In this document: positions 40,610-50,005 of the stretch, in pieces
Layout: every line of letters begins with the position of its first letter
How positions within the stretch are numbered: the stretch's first letter is position 1
The notes under the pieces: generated by a model
What the model was told of the DNA's origin: nothing
The model's database searches: none
Seen by the model: only the letters and a program-made list of their open reading frames with translations
Translations under genes and position numbers: made by a program
DNA from: an uncultured Bacillales bacterium
GTDB lineage: Bacteria > Bacillota_I > Bacilli_A > RFN20 > CAG-288
DNA: 64,000 nucleotides
NCBI GenBank assembly: GCA_905211645.1
Contig: CAJMBK010000007.1
Coordinates: 159 to 64,158, forward strand
Reading direction: 5' to 3'

Positions 40610-43426
40610 ATGGAAAAGAAATTTTATACCTCCGAATTGATTGAAGAAAAATTAAATCAATCTTCTGATAGAAAAGCACTTATTGAAAAAGTCTACTGTG
40701 ATTTGGATTTAAGTAAAACTCTTAAACCAAGAAAAGTAGATGATGCAGAAAACCTTTCTGAAGATGTCTTGGATATCTCAAACTTGAACGTTTACTTCAA
40801 GACTCACGGTCATGATAACCATGTTATTCGTGGCATTGATTTGAAGATTAAACGTGGTGAAACATTCGCTATCGTCGGTGAATCTGGTTCCGGTAAATCC
40901 GTTTTCACAAAGACTTTATCCGGTATGAACGAAGCCAACGGTAAGATTAAGAAAGGTAAAATCCTTTTAAAGGGAATCAAGATTGCTGACCCTAAGATCG
41001 TCAAGAGAAACTTCTCCGATGAAGATCATAGAAAAGACGTCTTGAAAGCTATGCATGAACGTTCAGCCGAATCTTGTGCTGAAAAAGCATTGAAAGAATT
41101 CGATAAAGCTCACGAAAAGAAGCTCAAATCTTTATATGCTCAATTCAATAAGAACGATACTGAACATTTAGTTAACCTTAAAAACGAAAAGTTAACTACA
41201 ACATATAATAACAGACTTGAATATCTCGACTTATTCACAACTGACAAAGTTTCCAAAGCCTTAGCAGTTAAAGCTAAAGAAGGTTTAGTTAAGCAAAACG
41301 TTGTTTCCAAGTTCTCCAGATCTGTTAACAGAATTGTTTTACCAAGAGAAGTTGCAGTCGCTGAATCTGTTTCTGCAGATACAATTGCTAAGAACTTTGA
41401 TGCTTTTATGGAAAAAGAAGGAGTCAAAGCTTTAGTTAGCACATATGAAAAAGGTTTAGAAACTATTTCCTCCTACTCATATGACGAGATTATGAAAGCT
41501 AAATATGCAAGTTTGGATTGCTATATTTCTGCAGTCAAACTTCATAATCGAATTAAGTCTTTTATCAATGCTGAAATTGCAAATATTAAGAAGTTACCAA
41601 CTTCTAAAGGTGCAAATAATGCAGGTGCACACAGCAAAGCTCTTGAAGTCTACATGACTTTAGTTGATATTTACACCAAATCTATCAGCTACAGAAATGA
41701 TGTTATCAATCATTTCGAAGATACTTTGATTGACTTAGTCAATGCAGAAGAACAAAAGCAAAGAGAAATCGCTGCTGAAACTGCAAAGACAAATCTTGAA
41801 GCCTACAAACAAGAATTAGAAGTAACTGCAAGTGAAAGACAAAAAGTTATTGAAGACTTGAATGCACAAATCAATGCAATCAATGATGAATCTAAGGCTC
41901 AAAGAGAAGCTTTAGCTGCAGAATGGTCTGCAAAGTGTTCAGAACAAGAAGAGAAAAATAAAGAAATTTTATCTTACCCAATCTTCTCCGATGAAGAAAG
42001 AAAGTTCATGAAGACCTTTACAACTAAAGATTTATTAGTTGTCCTTGATGAAAAAGTTCAACTTATCGAACTTTTACTCCATCGTGAAGAGTACATTTCT
42101 CAAGTTGAAAATTACAAGACAAAGTGTTTGGAAGCTTATGAAACAAATGACCACAAGAACCTTGTAACATATGCAAAACTTCTTGATATCAATTTGAACC
42201 AAGATTTCACTGATATCACAAACTTTAAGAAGAGAGCACATGAACTTGAGATTGATATTGAAAAACGTAATGCATCCTTGGATAAGAATTCAGAAACTTA
42301 CCAAACTCGTTACGATTTGCTCGAAACTGAGTTCAAAGGTAAGATGGCTGCATTAGATCGTGACATTGAATTTACAGAAACTAAGATTCAAAAGAAAATC
42401 AAGAATGCAAATATCTTCGATTCCAAGATTCTTTCCGATATTGATCAAGATATTTTTGAAGTTAGAAACTTTGTTAAACATTCCACAAGAACATTTAGAA
42501 AGTTATTCAGAAATATCAAGTTCAATCACGATATGGTCAGAAATCTTAAGGCTAGAGGTATCATCACCAATGAATACGTCGACCTTGCTAAATTCAAGAC
42601 CAACAAGGAATGGTCAATGATCAGAGGTAGTAGAATCGCTACTATTTTCCAAGATCCTATGACATCCTTAAATCCTTTAATTTCAATCGGTGAACAAATC
42701 TCTGAAGTTTTAAGACTTCACCACAATTTGTCCCGTGAAGAAGCTAAGAAGGAAGCAATTAACTTATTAGCAAAGGTTAAGATTCCTCAACCAGAACAAA
42801 GATACAAGGAATATCCATTCCAATATTCCGGTGGTATGAGACAGAGAGTTGTTATCGCAATTGCTCTTGCCTGTAGACCTGATATCTTAATTTGTGACGA
42901 ACCTACAACCGCTTTGGACGTTACTGTTCAAGCTCAAATTTTGAAGCTCATCAAGGATATTCAAAAAGAATACCACTTCACAACAATCTTCATCACTCAC
43001 GATTTAGGTGTTGTCGCTGGTGTTGCTGATAGAATTGGTGTTATGTACGGTGGCCAAATCGTTGAATACGGCACTGATGAAGATATCTTCTACAGACCTG
43101 CTCACCCATACACATGGGCACTTCTTTCTTCATTACCACAGCTTGCTGTCAGTGATGAACCATTAACTTACATTAAAGGTAACCCACCATCATTTGGTAA
43201 GGAAATTGAAGGTGACGCATTTGCTCCTAGAAGTAACTATGCTATGAAGATTGACTTCATCATGGAACCTCCAATGACACAAGTTTCCGAGACACACTTT
43301 GCTAAGACATGGTTGCTCGACCCTAGAGCTCCTAAGGTTAAGAAACCTGTTATCATCAGAAATCTTGAACAAAGAATGCAAGAAACTGCTAAAGAATTCT
43401 TAGTTGCAGAGAAAGGAGAGAACTAA
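40610..43426 (+). CDS. oppD: oligopeptide ABC transporter ATP-binding protein OppD with an internal helical insertion of about 550 aa
   Basis: SD AGGAGG upstream. Walker A GESGSGKS (about residue 92), Q-loop [11 protein letters not shown] (about residue 676), signature YSGGMRQR, Walker [13 protein letters not shown], and an oligopeptide C-terminal domain. Confidence 0.9.
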   Translation: MEKKFYTSELIEEKLNQSSDRKALIEKVYCDLDLSKTLKPRKVDDAENLSEDVLDISNLNVYFKTHGHDNHVIRGIDLKIKRGETFAIVGESGSGKSVFTKTLSGMNEANGKIKKGKILLKGIKIADPKIVKRNFSDEDHRKDVLKAMHERSAESCAEKALKEFDKAHEKKLKSLYAQFNKNDTEHLVNLKNEKLTTTYNNRLEYLDLFTTDKVSKALAVKAKEGLVKQNVVSKFSRSVNRIVLPREVAVAESVSADTIAKNFDAFMEKEGVKALVSTYEKGLETISSYSYDEIMKAKYASLDCYISAVKLHNRIKSFINAEIANIKKLPTSKGANNAGAHSKALEVYMTLVDIYTKSISYRNDVINHFEDTLIDLVNAEEQKQREIAAETAKTNLEAYKQELEVTASERQKVIEDLNAQINAINDESKAQREALAAEWSAKCSEQEEKNKEILSYPIFSDEERKFMKTFTTKDLLVVLDEKVQLIELLLHREEYISQVENYKTKCLEAYETNDHKNLVTYAKLLDINLNQDFTDITNFKKRAHELEIDIEKRNASLDKNSETYQTRYDLLETEFKGKMAALDRDIEFTETKIQKKIKNANIFDSKILSDIDQDIFEVRNFVKHSTRTFRKLFRNIKFNHDMVRNLKARGIITNEYVDLAKFKTNKEWSMIRGSRIATIFQDPMTSLNPLISIGEQISEVLRLHHNLSREEAKKEAINLLAKVKIPQPEQRYKEYPFQYSGGMRQRVVIAIALACRPDILICDEPTTALDVTVQAQILKLIKDIQKEYHFTTIFITHDLGVVAGVADRIGVMYGGQIVEYGTDEDIFYRPAHPYTWALLSSLPQLAVSDEPLTYIKGNPPSFGKEIEGDAFAPRSNYAMKIDFIMEPPMTQVSETHFAKTWLLDPRAPKVKKPVIIRNLEQRMQETAKEFLVAEKGEN

Positions 43427-43427
43427 T

Positions 43428-44429
43428 ATGGCAGAAAAGACAGAATTAGCTCCTTTAACTAGCAACGATACATTAGGTAATAACAACTCTGAAAATATCG
43501 TTGAGATGAAGCACGTTAGAATCGGCTTCAAATCCGGTACTAAGATGAGAGTTGTTATCGATGACTTAAATTTGAACATCAAACGTGGTGAAATCTTAGG
43601 CTTGGTCGGTGAATCTGGTTCTGGTAAGACCACAATCGGTCGTGCCATCATCAGAATTGTTCCTACTATGTCTGGTTCCATCCTCTACAACGGTATTCAA
43701 ATTAACGGTAAGATTCCTTACTCCCTCGAAAGAGAACTTAAGACAAAGATCCAAATGATCTACCAAGATCCATCTGCTTCTTTGAATGAGCGTGCTAATA
43801 TCGACTACATCGTTTCCGAAGGTTTAAGAGCCTTCCACATGTATGAAAATGAGCAAGACCGTTTGAAGAAAGTCAGTGACATCATCAACCGTGTTGGTTT
43901 ACGTCCTGAACACTTAAAACGTTTCCCTCATGAGTTCTCCGGTGGTCAAAGACAAAGAATCGGTATCGCTAGAAGTATTGTTATGAATCCAGAAATGATC
44001 ATTGCTGACGAACCTATCTCAGCTCTTGACGTTTCCATCCGTGCTCAAGTTTTGAACCTTATCAAGAGTTTCCAAACTGAGAACAAGATGACAGTTTTAT
44101 TCATCGCTCACGACTTATCAGTTGTTAAGTACATCTCCGATAGAATTGCTGTTATTTATCAAGGTCAAATCGTTGAAATTGCATCCAGTGATGAACTCTT
44201 CGATTTACCATTACATCCATATACACAATCACTTTTAACTGCTATTCCAATTCCAGATCCACACATTGAGAAGAATAAGGTCATCAAGACTTACAAGAAT
44301 ACTGGTGATCCTTCCAAGACTAAGCTCTACGAAGTTTATCCAAATCACTTTGTCCGTTGCTTACCAAATGATTTAGAATCCTACAAAGAGAAGGCAGAAG
44401 CTTTCCACAAGTCTAAAAAGACTAAATAA
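43428..44429 (+). CDS. oppF: oligopeptide ABC transporter ATP-binding protein OppF
   Basis: ATG 43428 follows GGAGAG and lies 1 nt after the oppD stop. Motifs GESGSGKTT, IYQDPSASLN, FSGGQRQR, IIADEPISALD. Confidence 0.93.
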   Translation: MAEKTELAPLTSNDTLGNNNSENIVEMKHVRIGFKSGTKMRVVIDDLNLNIKRGEILGLVGESGSGKTTIGRAIIRIVPTMSGSILYNGIQINGKIPYSLERELKTKIQMIYQDPSASLNERANIDYIVSEGLRAFHMYENEQDRLKKVSDIINRVGLRPEHLKRFPHEFSGGQRQRIGIARSIVMNPEMIIADEPISALDVSIRAQVLNLIKSFQTENKMTVLFIAHDLSVVKYISDRIAVIYQGQIVEIASSDELFDLPLHPYTQSLLTAIPIPDPHIEKNKVIKTYKNTGDPSKTKLYEVYPNHFVRCLPNDLESYKEKAEAFHKSKKTK

Positions 44430-44438
44430 TGTTTCTAC

Positions 44439-44485
44439 AAGGCTATTGCAAACCTAAAAATATGGGACTTTGCATAGCCTTTTTT
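44439..44485 (+). terminator. rho-independent terminator after the opp operon
   Basis: AAGGCTATTGCAAA...TTTGCATAGCCTT (one bulge) followed by TTTT. Confidence 0.75.
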
Positions 44486-44695
44486 CAATGTAATTAAATT
44501 TTTAAGACCTGAAATTTTGCCCTTGACACAAAAAATATAATGTCATGTTAGAAAATATTTTTAAATACATTTTTGATAAATTATAAAAGTTGTTTAGTTG
44601 TAAACGCTTTATATTTGGTGCGAACTTTTCCAACGATGACATTATTGAATGTTCATTTTTACACATACTTACAATTTAATAAGTGATTGTAAAAG

Positions 44696-44724
44696 TTGTC
44701 AATTGAATTTAATTAAAATAAAAT
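44696..44724 (+). promoter_or_regulatory. candidate sigma-A promoter
   Basis: TTGTCA - 17 nt - TAAAAT, about 45 nt upstream of the ATG at 44772. Confidence 0.4.
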
Positions 44725-44771
44725 AAGTATATTAGTAATATTAAACCTAAAAAATTTTAGGGAGGATAGTT

Positions 44772-47700
44772 ATGGCTAAAGATAAACCAGCTAATTCAGC
44801 GGTAAAATTAAAAAATGCTGATAAGCGCCAATTTGCTTACACTAAGGATGGACGTTTAGTTCCTACTCAAACCAAAGATGAACTCAAAAAACGTTTTGCA
44901 TCCAAGCGTTACATGAAGAAAAAGAGTGCCTTCCCACGTGGTTTTGCAATTTTTATCTTCGTTTTAGTTCTTATCTTTTTAACATTGAGAGCTGTTGACA
45001 TCATTTTCTACAATGATATGCAACAATTCTTGAAAGACATTTTCGATAAAGTCTTCCATTTCTTCGACAGATTAGATAACTTCTTATTCGGTGCATACAA
45101 AGGGCAGTTAGTTTTCACTGTTCACGGCGTCGACATCGATAAGATGACTTTGTATGGCTTTATTTACCTAGTATTCTTAGGTATTTCATTGTCACTTATC
45201 TTCTTCTTTGTTTTCTCATTCTTCTCCTGGATCAATAGAAAAGTCAAAGCTAGAAGAGAAGCAAAAGCTAACATTGACAACTATCTTGATGGAGTTAAAA
45301 CAAATGCATTAAGCAACAACTATGTCGTTAGTAAGAAAGGTGTCCTTTTACCAGTTTATTCCGCAACTGAAATGCGTGATGTCTTCTCATATGAAAGATA
45401 CAAGAGAAGAGCACCAGTCTTCCGAATTGTAATTGGTATCGTCTTATTACTTGTCGCATTATTACTCACAGTTTTGAAATTTGGCCAATACTTTGCAATC
45501 AATGGAAAGACAGGCATTGCTTTCTTTGATTTCTTCATGGAGAACTCATTCTTCTCTAAATTTATCCCACAGTTCTTGAATTCAATGCAGATGTATGACA
45601 AAGTCGCTGCTAAATTCATCCCTGATATTACAATTTTGAACAATGTCATCAACGGTATGTCTTTGACATTAGCCGATTTCATGGCATGCGTCTTCATGTT
45701 CTGCACACTTATTGCAGTCATCGCATTCGTTATTACAATCTTTACAATCATCAACTTATTCTTCAAAGATACTCGTTCCAGAGCTAAAGCAAAGAAAGCC
45801 AAGAAGAGATATCTTAAAGAAATCGATTCCGCTCAAGTATATGAGACTGAAAAGAATGCAGTCTTAGCAAGTTCAGTCTTAGAAACACCTCAAGTCAAAT
45901 ACTCTGTTGCTGATGACGATGTTGTCAAGATTAACGGTGTTCCTTACATCCCACTTCTTGATAGAGCAATCGAACAAGAACTTTCTAGAAACGATGATGT
46001 TTCATCTGTTAATGGTGAACATGTTGTCGATATCTTAAATGACCAAAGAGAATCTGGTGATATTGAAGAAGAAGCAGAAGTTGTTGCTCCTGAATTACCT
46101 GTTGATATCACAACTATCGCTAAATACTCCAAGAAAGAATCCGCATTCTTGGATATGGTTTCACTTAAAGGTGAAATGTACTTTGATGAAGATAATATTC
46201 TTCAAATCAAAGAATACGAAGATGAGAAAGAACTTTATCCTCATACATCAGAAACTGCTGTCGAAAACGATACATTCATCATGTCTCGTCCATTCGACGA
46301 AGCTTTGTTACAAGAAAAAGTCGAAATTTCTCAAAAGGCTCCATTCTCCTTACTTAATGAAAGAGATGTTGCAGAAAAATCTATCGATTATGCCTTAGAG
46401 AACCAAGGCATGTACACCAGAGAAGATTTCGTCACATTGAACAATGTCGAACCTTTCGAAATCGAAGCAGTTACTGACTATCCAATCGACTCGCTTGATG
46501 AATATCTCGATGATAAGCATGCTAAGGATCAACTTGATGAAGAAGAAAATCCTTTAATCAATCAAGATGTTATTGAAGAAGATATCGACGAATTATTACC
46601 TTTACTTGTCAAAGACGAGGAAAGACATGTTGTTCACGATATTGATCTTACATCCACACGTCCTGAATTACCTGATGAAGATGCAGTTGAAAATCCTGTT
46701 CTCGAACAATCTGAACAATTGGCTAACTACATTTACATCGGTGATGATGAATACGAAATTGTTTCACTTGAAGAAGTCGAACCTCTTGCACCTGCAGATG
46801 TTCCTTTAACTGATGATGAAATTCAAGCTCTCTTTGCTAAAGCTGATGTTGTCACATCAACTCCTGATAACTTATCCGATTTGGATGACTTACTCAGCGA
46901 AGAAGTTAGTGAAGAAAATCCTGTTGCTGAATCAGCTGAAGAGACAGTTGCTTCTGAAGACACAAGCTTAGTCATGCTTGAAGAGGTTGAACCTCTTGAT
47001 GAAGACTATGAAGAACTCGAAGAGAACTCTGTCTTAGCACAAGAAGAATATGACGATTCTTTGGATGAAGAAGAAGTTGCCTATGTTGAAGAAGCAATTC
47101 CTGCTGAAACTGAAGAAGAAGTATTCGAAGAACCTGAAGAAGAACAATTATCATTTGACTTTTACGCAAACGATGAATTTGTTGATAATCCAATGATTCC
47201 TCAAGAGGAAGATGTTGACGAAGAAGAAGTCAATGAAGTAGTACCTCAAGAAGAAGTTGAACCTCTTGTTGATGAAGATGCTAACGCAATCATTCCTCAA
47301 GATGAAGTCGATGAAGAACTTGAAGAACTCAACGAAGATTACACACCTCTTGTTTACGCTGTCGATAGAGTTGGTGAAACTGAACCTGTTGAAGAAGAAT
47401 TAGCCGACGAAGTTGAAGAAGCTTTGGAAGATAATCCATTACTTGAACAAGAAGAAATCGATGATAACCCAATCTTAGAACAAGAAGAGATTGAGGAAGA
47501 AGTTGAAGAGTTACAAGACTATGTACCTCTTGAAGCTGCAAGTAAAGAAAGTGTTACTCAACCTGATGAGACTTTAGGCGAAGATCCTTACAAGGATGAT
47601 GAATTAGAAGATAATCCACTCATTCCTCAAAACGATCTTATCGAAGATATCGAATCCAAGTCCATTTCCACAAATGGTGTTTCCTCCAAGGTTAAACCTA

Positions 47701-48491
47701 TTTCTTCATTATCATTCACACCTACAAACCGTGGTCCTCGTCCAACCTTAATTACTCCTATTCAAGTAACTAAGAAGGAAGAACCTACACCTGTAGTTGA
47801 AGAAGAAGCTCCTGAAATCAAACCTTTAGTTACAACCCCATTACATCAAATTACTGATCAAAGTAAGAAGAAAGATGTCAAACTCTATAAGATTAAGAAG
47901 GTTAGATTTGACCTCAAGTCTTATAAGACTAAGACATACGAAGGTGATTTAACTCCTGAACAAGCCTTTGCAATGGGTGTTAGAAAGGTTAACCCAGTTA
48001 TCGATCCTACAGCAGTTAGCAACAACAAGTTACCTGCCTGGAAGAGAAAGAGACTTGAAAAGGCCAATGAAGAATTCAGAAAGAAAGGTTATACAACCGA
48101 CAAGAGCTTAATCAAAGACTTTGCCTTACAATCCAACAAAGATGTTGATAAGACCAAGTTTGATAAGTCTCCTTCACAATTCTCATCCTTACGTGAATAC
48201 AATAAGGCTAAGAAGGAATTCTACGAAAATCTTAATAAGACAAGTAGTGAAGAGAAAGAGACTGCTACAAGCGAAAAACCTAGCGAACCTATCCGTTTGG
48301 TTAAACCTATCAACTTAGTTAAGCCTGTCACTCCTACAACTGCTTCTAATGAGTCTAAGAAGGAAGAGACTTCAACTGAAGACAAACCTAAACAGTTTGT
48401 ACCTCTCAAGTTCAAAGGTAACGTAAATCAAAAACCTAAACCAAATATTAAATTGGTTGATCCTATCAAGAAGAATAATTCTGATAAATAA
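44772..48491 (+). CDS. large membrane-anchored protein with a duplicated N-terminal TM module, a D/E-rich repeat region of about 450 aa and a basic C-terminal region; unknown function
   Basis: SD GGGAGGA upstream. 1239-aa uninterrupted ORF flanked by terminators. See findings for the internal structure. Confidence 0.75.
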   Translation: MAKDKPANSAVKLKNADKRQFAYTKDGRLVPTQTKDELKKRFASKRYMKKKSAFPRGFAIFIFVLVLIFLTLRAVDIIFYNDMQQFLKDIFDKVFHFFDRLDNFLFGAYKGQLVFTVHGVDIDKMTLYGFIYLVFLGISLSLIFFFVFSFFSWINRKVKARREAKANIDNYLDGVKTNALSNNYVVSKKGVLLPVYSATEMRDVFSYERYKRRAPVFRIVIGIVLLLVALLLTVLKFGQYFAINGKTGIAFFDFFMENSFFSKFIPQFLNSMQMYDKVAAKFIPDITILNNVINGMSLTLADFMACVFMFCTLIAVIAFVITIFTIINLFFKDTRSRAKAKKAKKRYLKEIDSAQVYETEKNAVLASSVLETPQVKYSVADDDVVKINGVPYIPLLDRAIEQELSRNDDVSSVNGEHVVDILNDQRESGDIEEEAEVVAPELPVDITTIAKYSKKESAFLDMVSLKGEMYFDEDNILQIKEYEDEKELYPHTSETAVENDTFIMSRPFDEALLQEKVEISQKAPFSLLNERDVAEKSIDYALENQGMYTREDFVTLNNVEPFEIEAVTDYPIDSLDEYLDDKHAKDQLDEEENPLINQDVIEEDIDELLPLLVKDEERHVVHDIDLTSTRPELPDEDAVENPVLEQSEQLANYIYIGDDEYEIVSLEEVEPLAPADVPLTDDEIQALFAKADVVTSTPDNLSDLDDLLSEEVSEENPVAESAEETVASEDTSLVMLEEVEPLDEDYEELEENSVLAQEEYDDSLDEEEVAYVEEAIPAETEEEVFEEPEEEQLSFDFYANDEFVDNPMIPQEEDVDEEEVNEVVPQEEVEPLVDEDANAIIPQDEVDEELEELNEDYTPLVYAVDRVGETEPVEEELADEVEEALEDNPLLEQEEIDDNPILEQEEIEEEVEELQDYVPLEAASKESVTQPDETLGEDPYKDDELEDNPLIPQNDLIEDIESKSISTNGVSSKVKPISSLSFTPTNRGPRPTLITPIQVTKKEEPTPVVEEEAPEIKPLVTTPLHQITDQSKKKDVKLYKIKKVRFDLKSYKTKTYEGDLTPEQAFAMGVRKVNPVIDPTAVSNNKLPAWKRKRLEKANEEFRKKGYTTDKSLIKDFALQSNKDVDKTKFDKSPSQFSSLREYNKAKKEFYENLNKTSSEEKETATSEKPSEPIRLVKPINLVKPVTPTTASNESKKEETSTEDKPKQFVPLKFKGNVNQKPKPNIKLVDPIKKNNSDK

Positions 48492-48501
48492 TGAGCATAT
48501 T

Positions 48502-48539
48502 AAAACGGAAGTTTGATGAAAATCTTGCTTCCGTTTTTT
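48502..48539. terminator. bidirectional terminator between convergent genes
   Basis: AAAACGGAAG...CTTCCGTTTT 10-bp stem flanked by A- and T-runs. Confidence 0.75.
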
Positions 48540-48550
48540 AATGTTTAAAT

Positions 48551-49831
48551 TTATTTATTAGTTTCAGAACTATCAGTTACTTCAAATAAGCCTTCTTTAA
48601 CGCCAAGGTTAACGATGGCTTTTGTGGAATTTGAAATTTTCTGAGATGAAGTTTGTAATTCATCATAAGATTTTTGAAGTGAAGAAATAGTTGTTCCTAA
48701 CTTTTCGTATCTTTCATTAAAACGTCTAACATCATCGCTTAAAGTGTTGATCTTTTGAACGATAACTTTAACGTTTTTACTTATGTTGTAATTGATTGAA
48801 AGAGTTTGAATGTTTGCTAATATTGGTTGCAATAAAGAAGGTGAAGCAAGAATAACCTTATTCTTCCTTGCATACTCAACAACATTCTTGAATAAAGTTT
48901 CTTCATTAACGATGAAGAAATAGATGGAGTCATTTGGAATAAACATCAAAGCATAATCTGGTGTAACGTCTTTGATAATGTAGTCTTGAGCAATCTTTGC
49001 AACTTGATTTCTTAATTCGTTTTTAAATGTATTTAATTCATCTTTATTCAATTCTTTTGAGGTATCTTGAATATAATCAGTGATTAAGTTACTGTAAGAA
49101 TTAAATGAGAATTTAGAGTCGATACAAAGAATGTTATTCTTTTCATGTGGGAGATAAATGACGCAGTCTGGTTTGACATCGCACTTCTTATCGCCTTTTT
49201 TAATTGTTATCACCTTTTGGAACTCATAGACGTCTTTTGTGTCACCAAAAGTAGCTGAGACAATTGTTTCCAAGGCAATCTCTCCGAATCTTCCACGTGT
49301 TTGAGAATTGGTTAAAACGCTATTTAATTTAACAACTTCGGTTGAAAGATTATCTAAGTTTCTTTGAGCTGTGGTGATTTCTCCAAGAGCCTTATTAACC
49401 TTTTCTAAGTTGTTAGTAGTATCTTTGAAACCTTCATCGAATTTTTGCTTAACATTCTCTTTCAAATTCTCTTGGAACTGACGGAATGTTTCTTTAAATT
49501 CGTTGTTAGATTTAGCAATCTTATCATTGAATTCAGAGTTGTTATTATTAATTTTTTCAATGATATCAGCATTTTTTCTATTGATACTTTCAACGTTTTG
49601 ACTATTTAAATCATTAACTAATTTGACTATGCTATTTTTATACATCTCGATGTTAGTATTCAAATTATTGTTGATTGAATCCTTTAAATCGTTGATATTT
49701 TCAGCGGTGATTTGATTGGTGGTAGGTGTCACAGCTTTATTCTTTTTAGTCATAAAAACGATTAAAAAGATAACCAAACCTAAGATAATTACGCAAGCTA
49801 TAGATGAGATGATAATTGATGCAAGTTCCAT
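48551..49831 (-). CDS. rmuC: DNA recombination protein RmuC
   Basis: SD AAGGAGG upstream. N-terminal TM helix, long coiled coil, then the RmuC nuclease-like core RGRFGEIALETIV...PDCVIYLP...CIDSKF...MFIPNDS. Confidence 0.85.
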   Translation of the reverse strand: MELASIIISSIACVIILGLVIFLIVFMTKKNKAVTPTTNQITAENINDLKDSINNNLNTNIEMYKNSIVKLVNDLNSQNVESINRKNADIIEKINNNNSEFNDKIAKSNNEFKETFRQFQENLKENVKQKFDEGFKDTTNNLEKVNKALGEITTAQRNLDNLSTEVVKLNSVLTNSQTRGRFGEIALETIVSATFGDTKDVYEFQKVITIKKGDKKCDVKPDCVIYLPHEKNNILCIDSKFSFNSYSNLITDYIQDTSKELNKDELNTFKNELRNQVAKIAQDYIIKDVTPDYALMFIPNDSIYFFIVNEETLFKNVVEYARKNKVILASPSLLQPILANIQTLSINYNISKNVKVIVQKINTLSDDVRRFNERYEKLGTTISSLQKSYDELQTSSQKISNSTKAIVNLGVKEGLFEVTDSSETNK

Positions 49832-50005
49832 ATATTCCTCCTTACTTACACAATACTAAATTTTTTCAAATATTATAAATTTTTCTGCAACTTTTTAAAA
49901 ATTTTTCGAAAATCATCTTAAGCACTTTTAAAAACGCATAGTTTCTAATATCATTTGCACATTATTTTAAAAATGTATAAAATGGTATGGTTTTTGGAGG
50001 TTTTT

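Noticed and set aside
44524-44541. Perfect TTGACA and TATAAT hexamers upstream of the acidic-protein gene
   Set aside because: They are only 7 nt apart, so they cannot act together as a -35/-10 pair. The TTGTCA-17-TAAAAT pair at 44696-44724 is better placed.
45356-47541. Several ORFs inside or antisense to the acidic-protein gene (45356..45802 -, 46039..46398 +, 46567..46809 +, 46972..47193 -, 47329..47541 -)
   Set aside because: They are frame shadows of a GAA/GAT-rich repetitive coding region (giving Leu/Gln/Lys-rich nonsense proteins). They have no SD and are all embedded in a 1239-aa ORF with good start signals.
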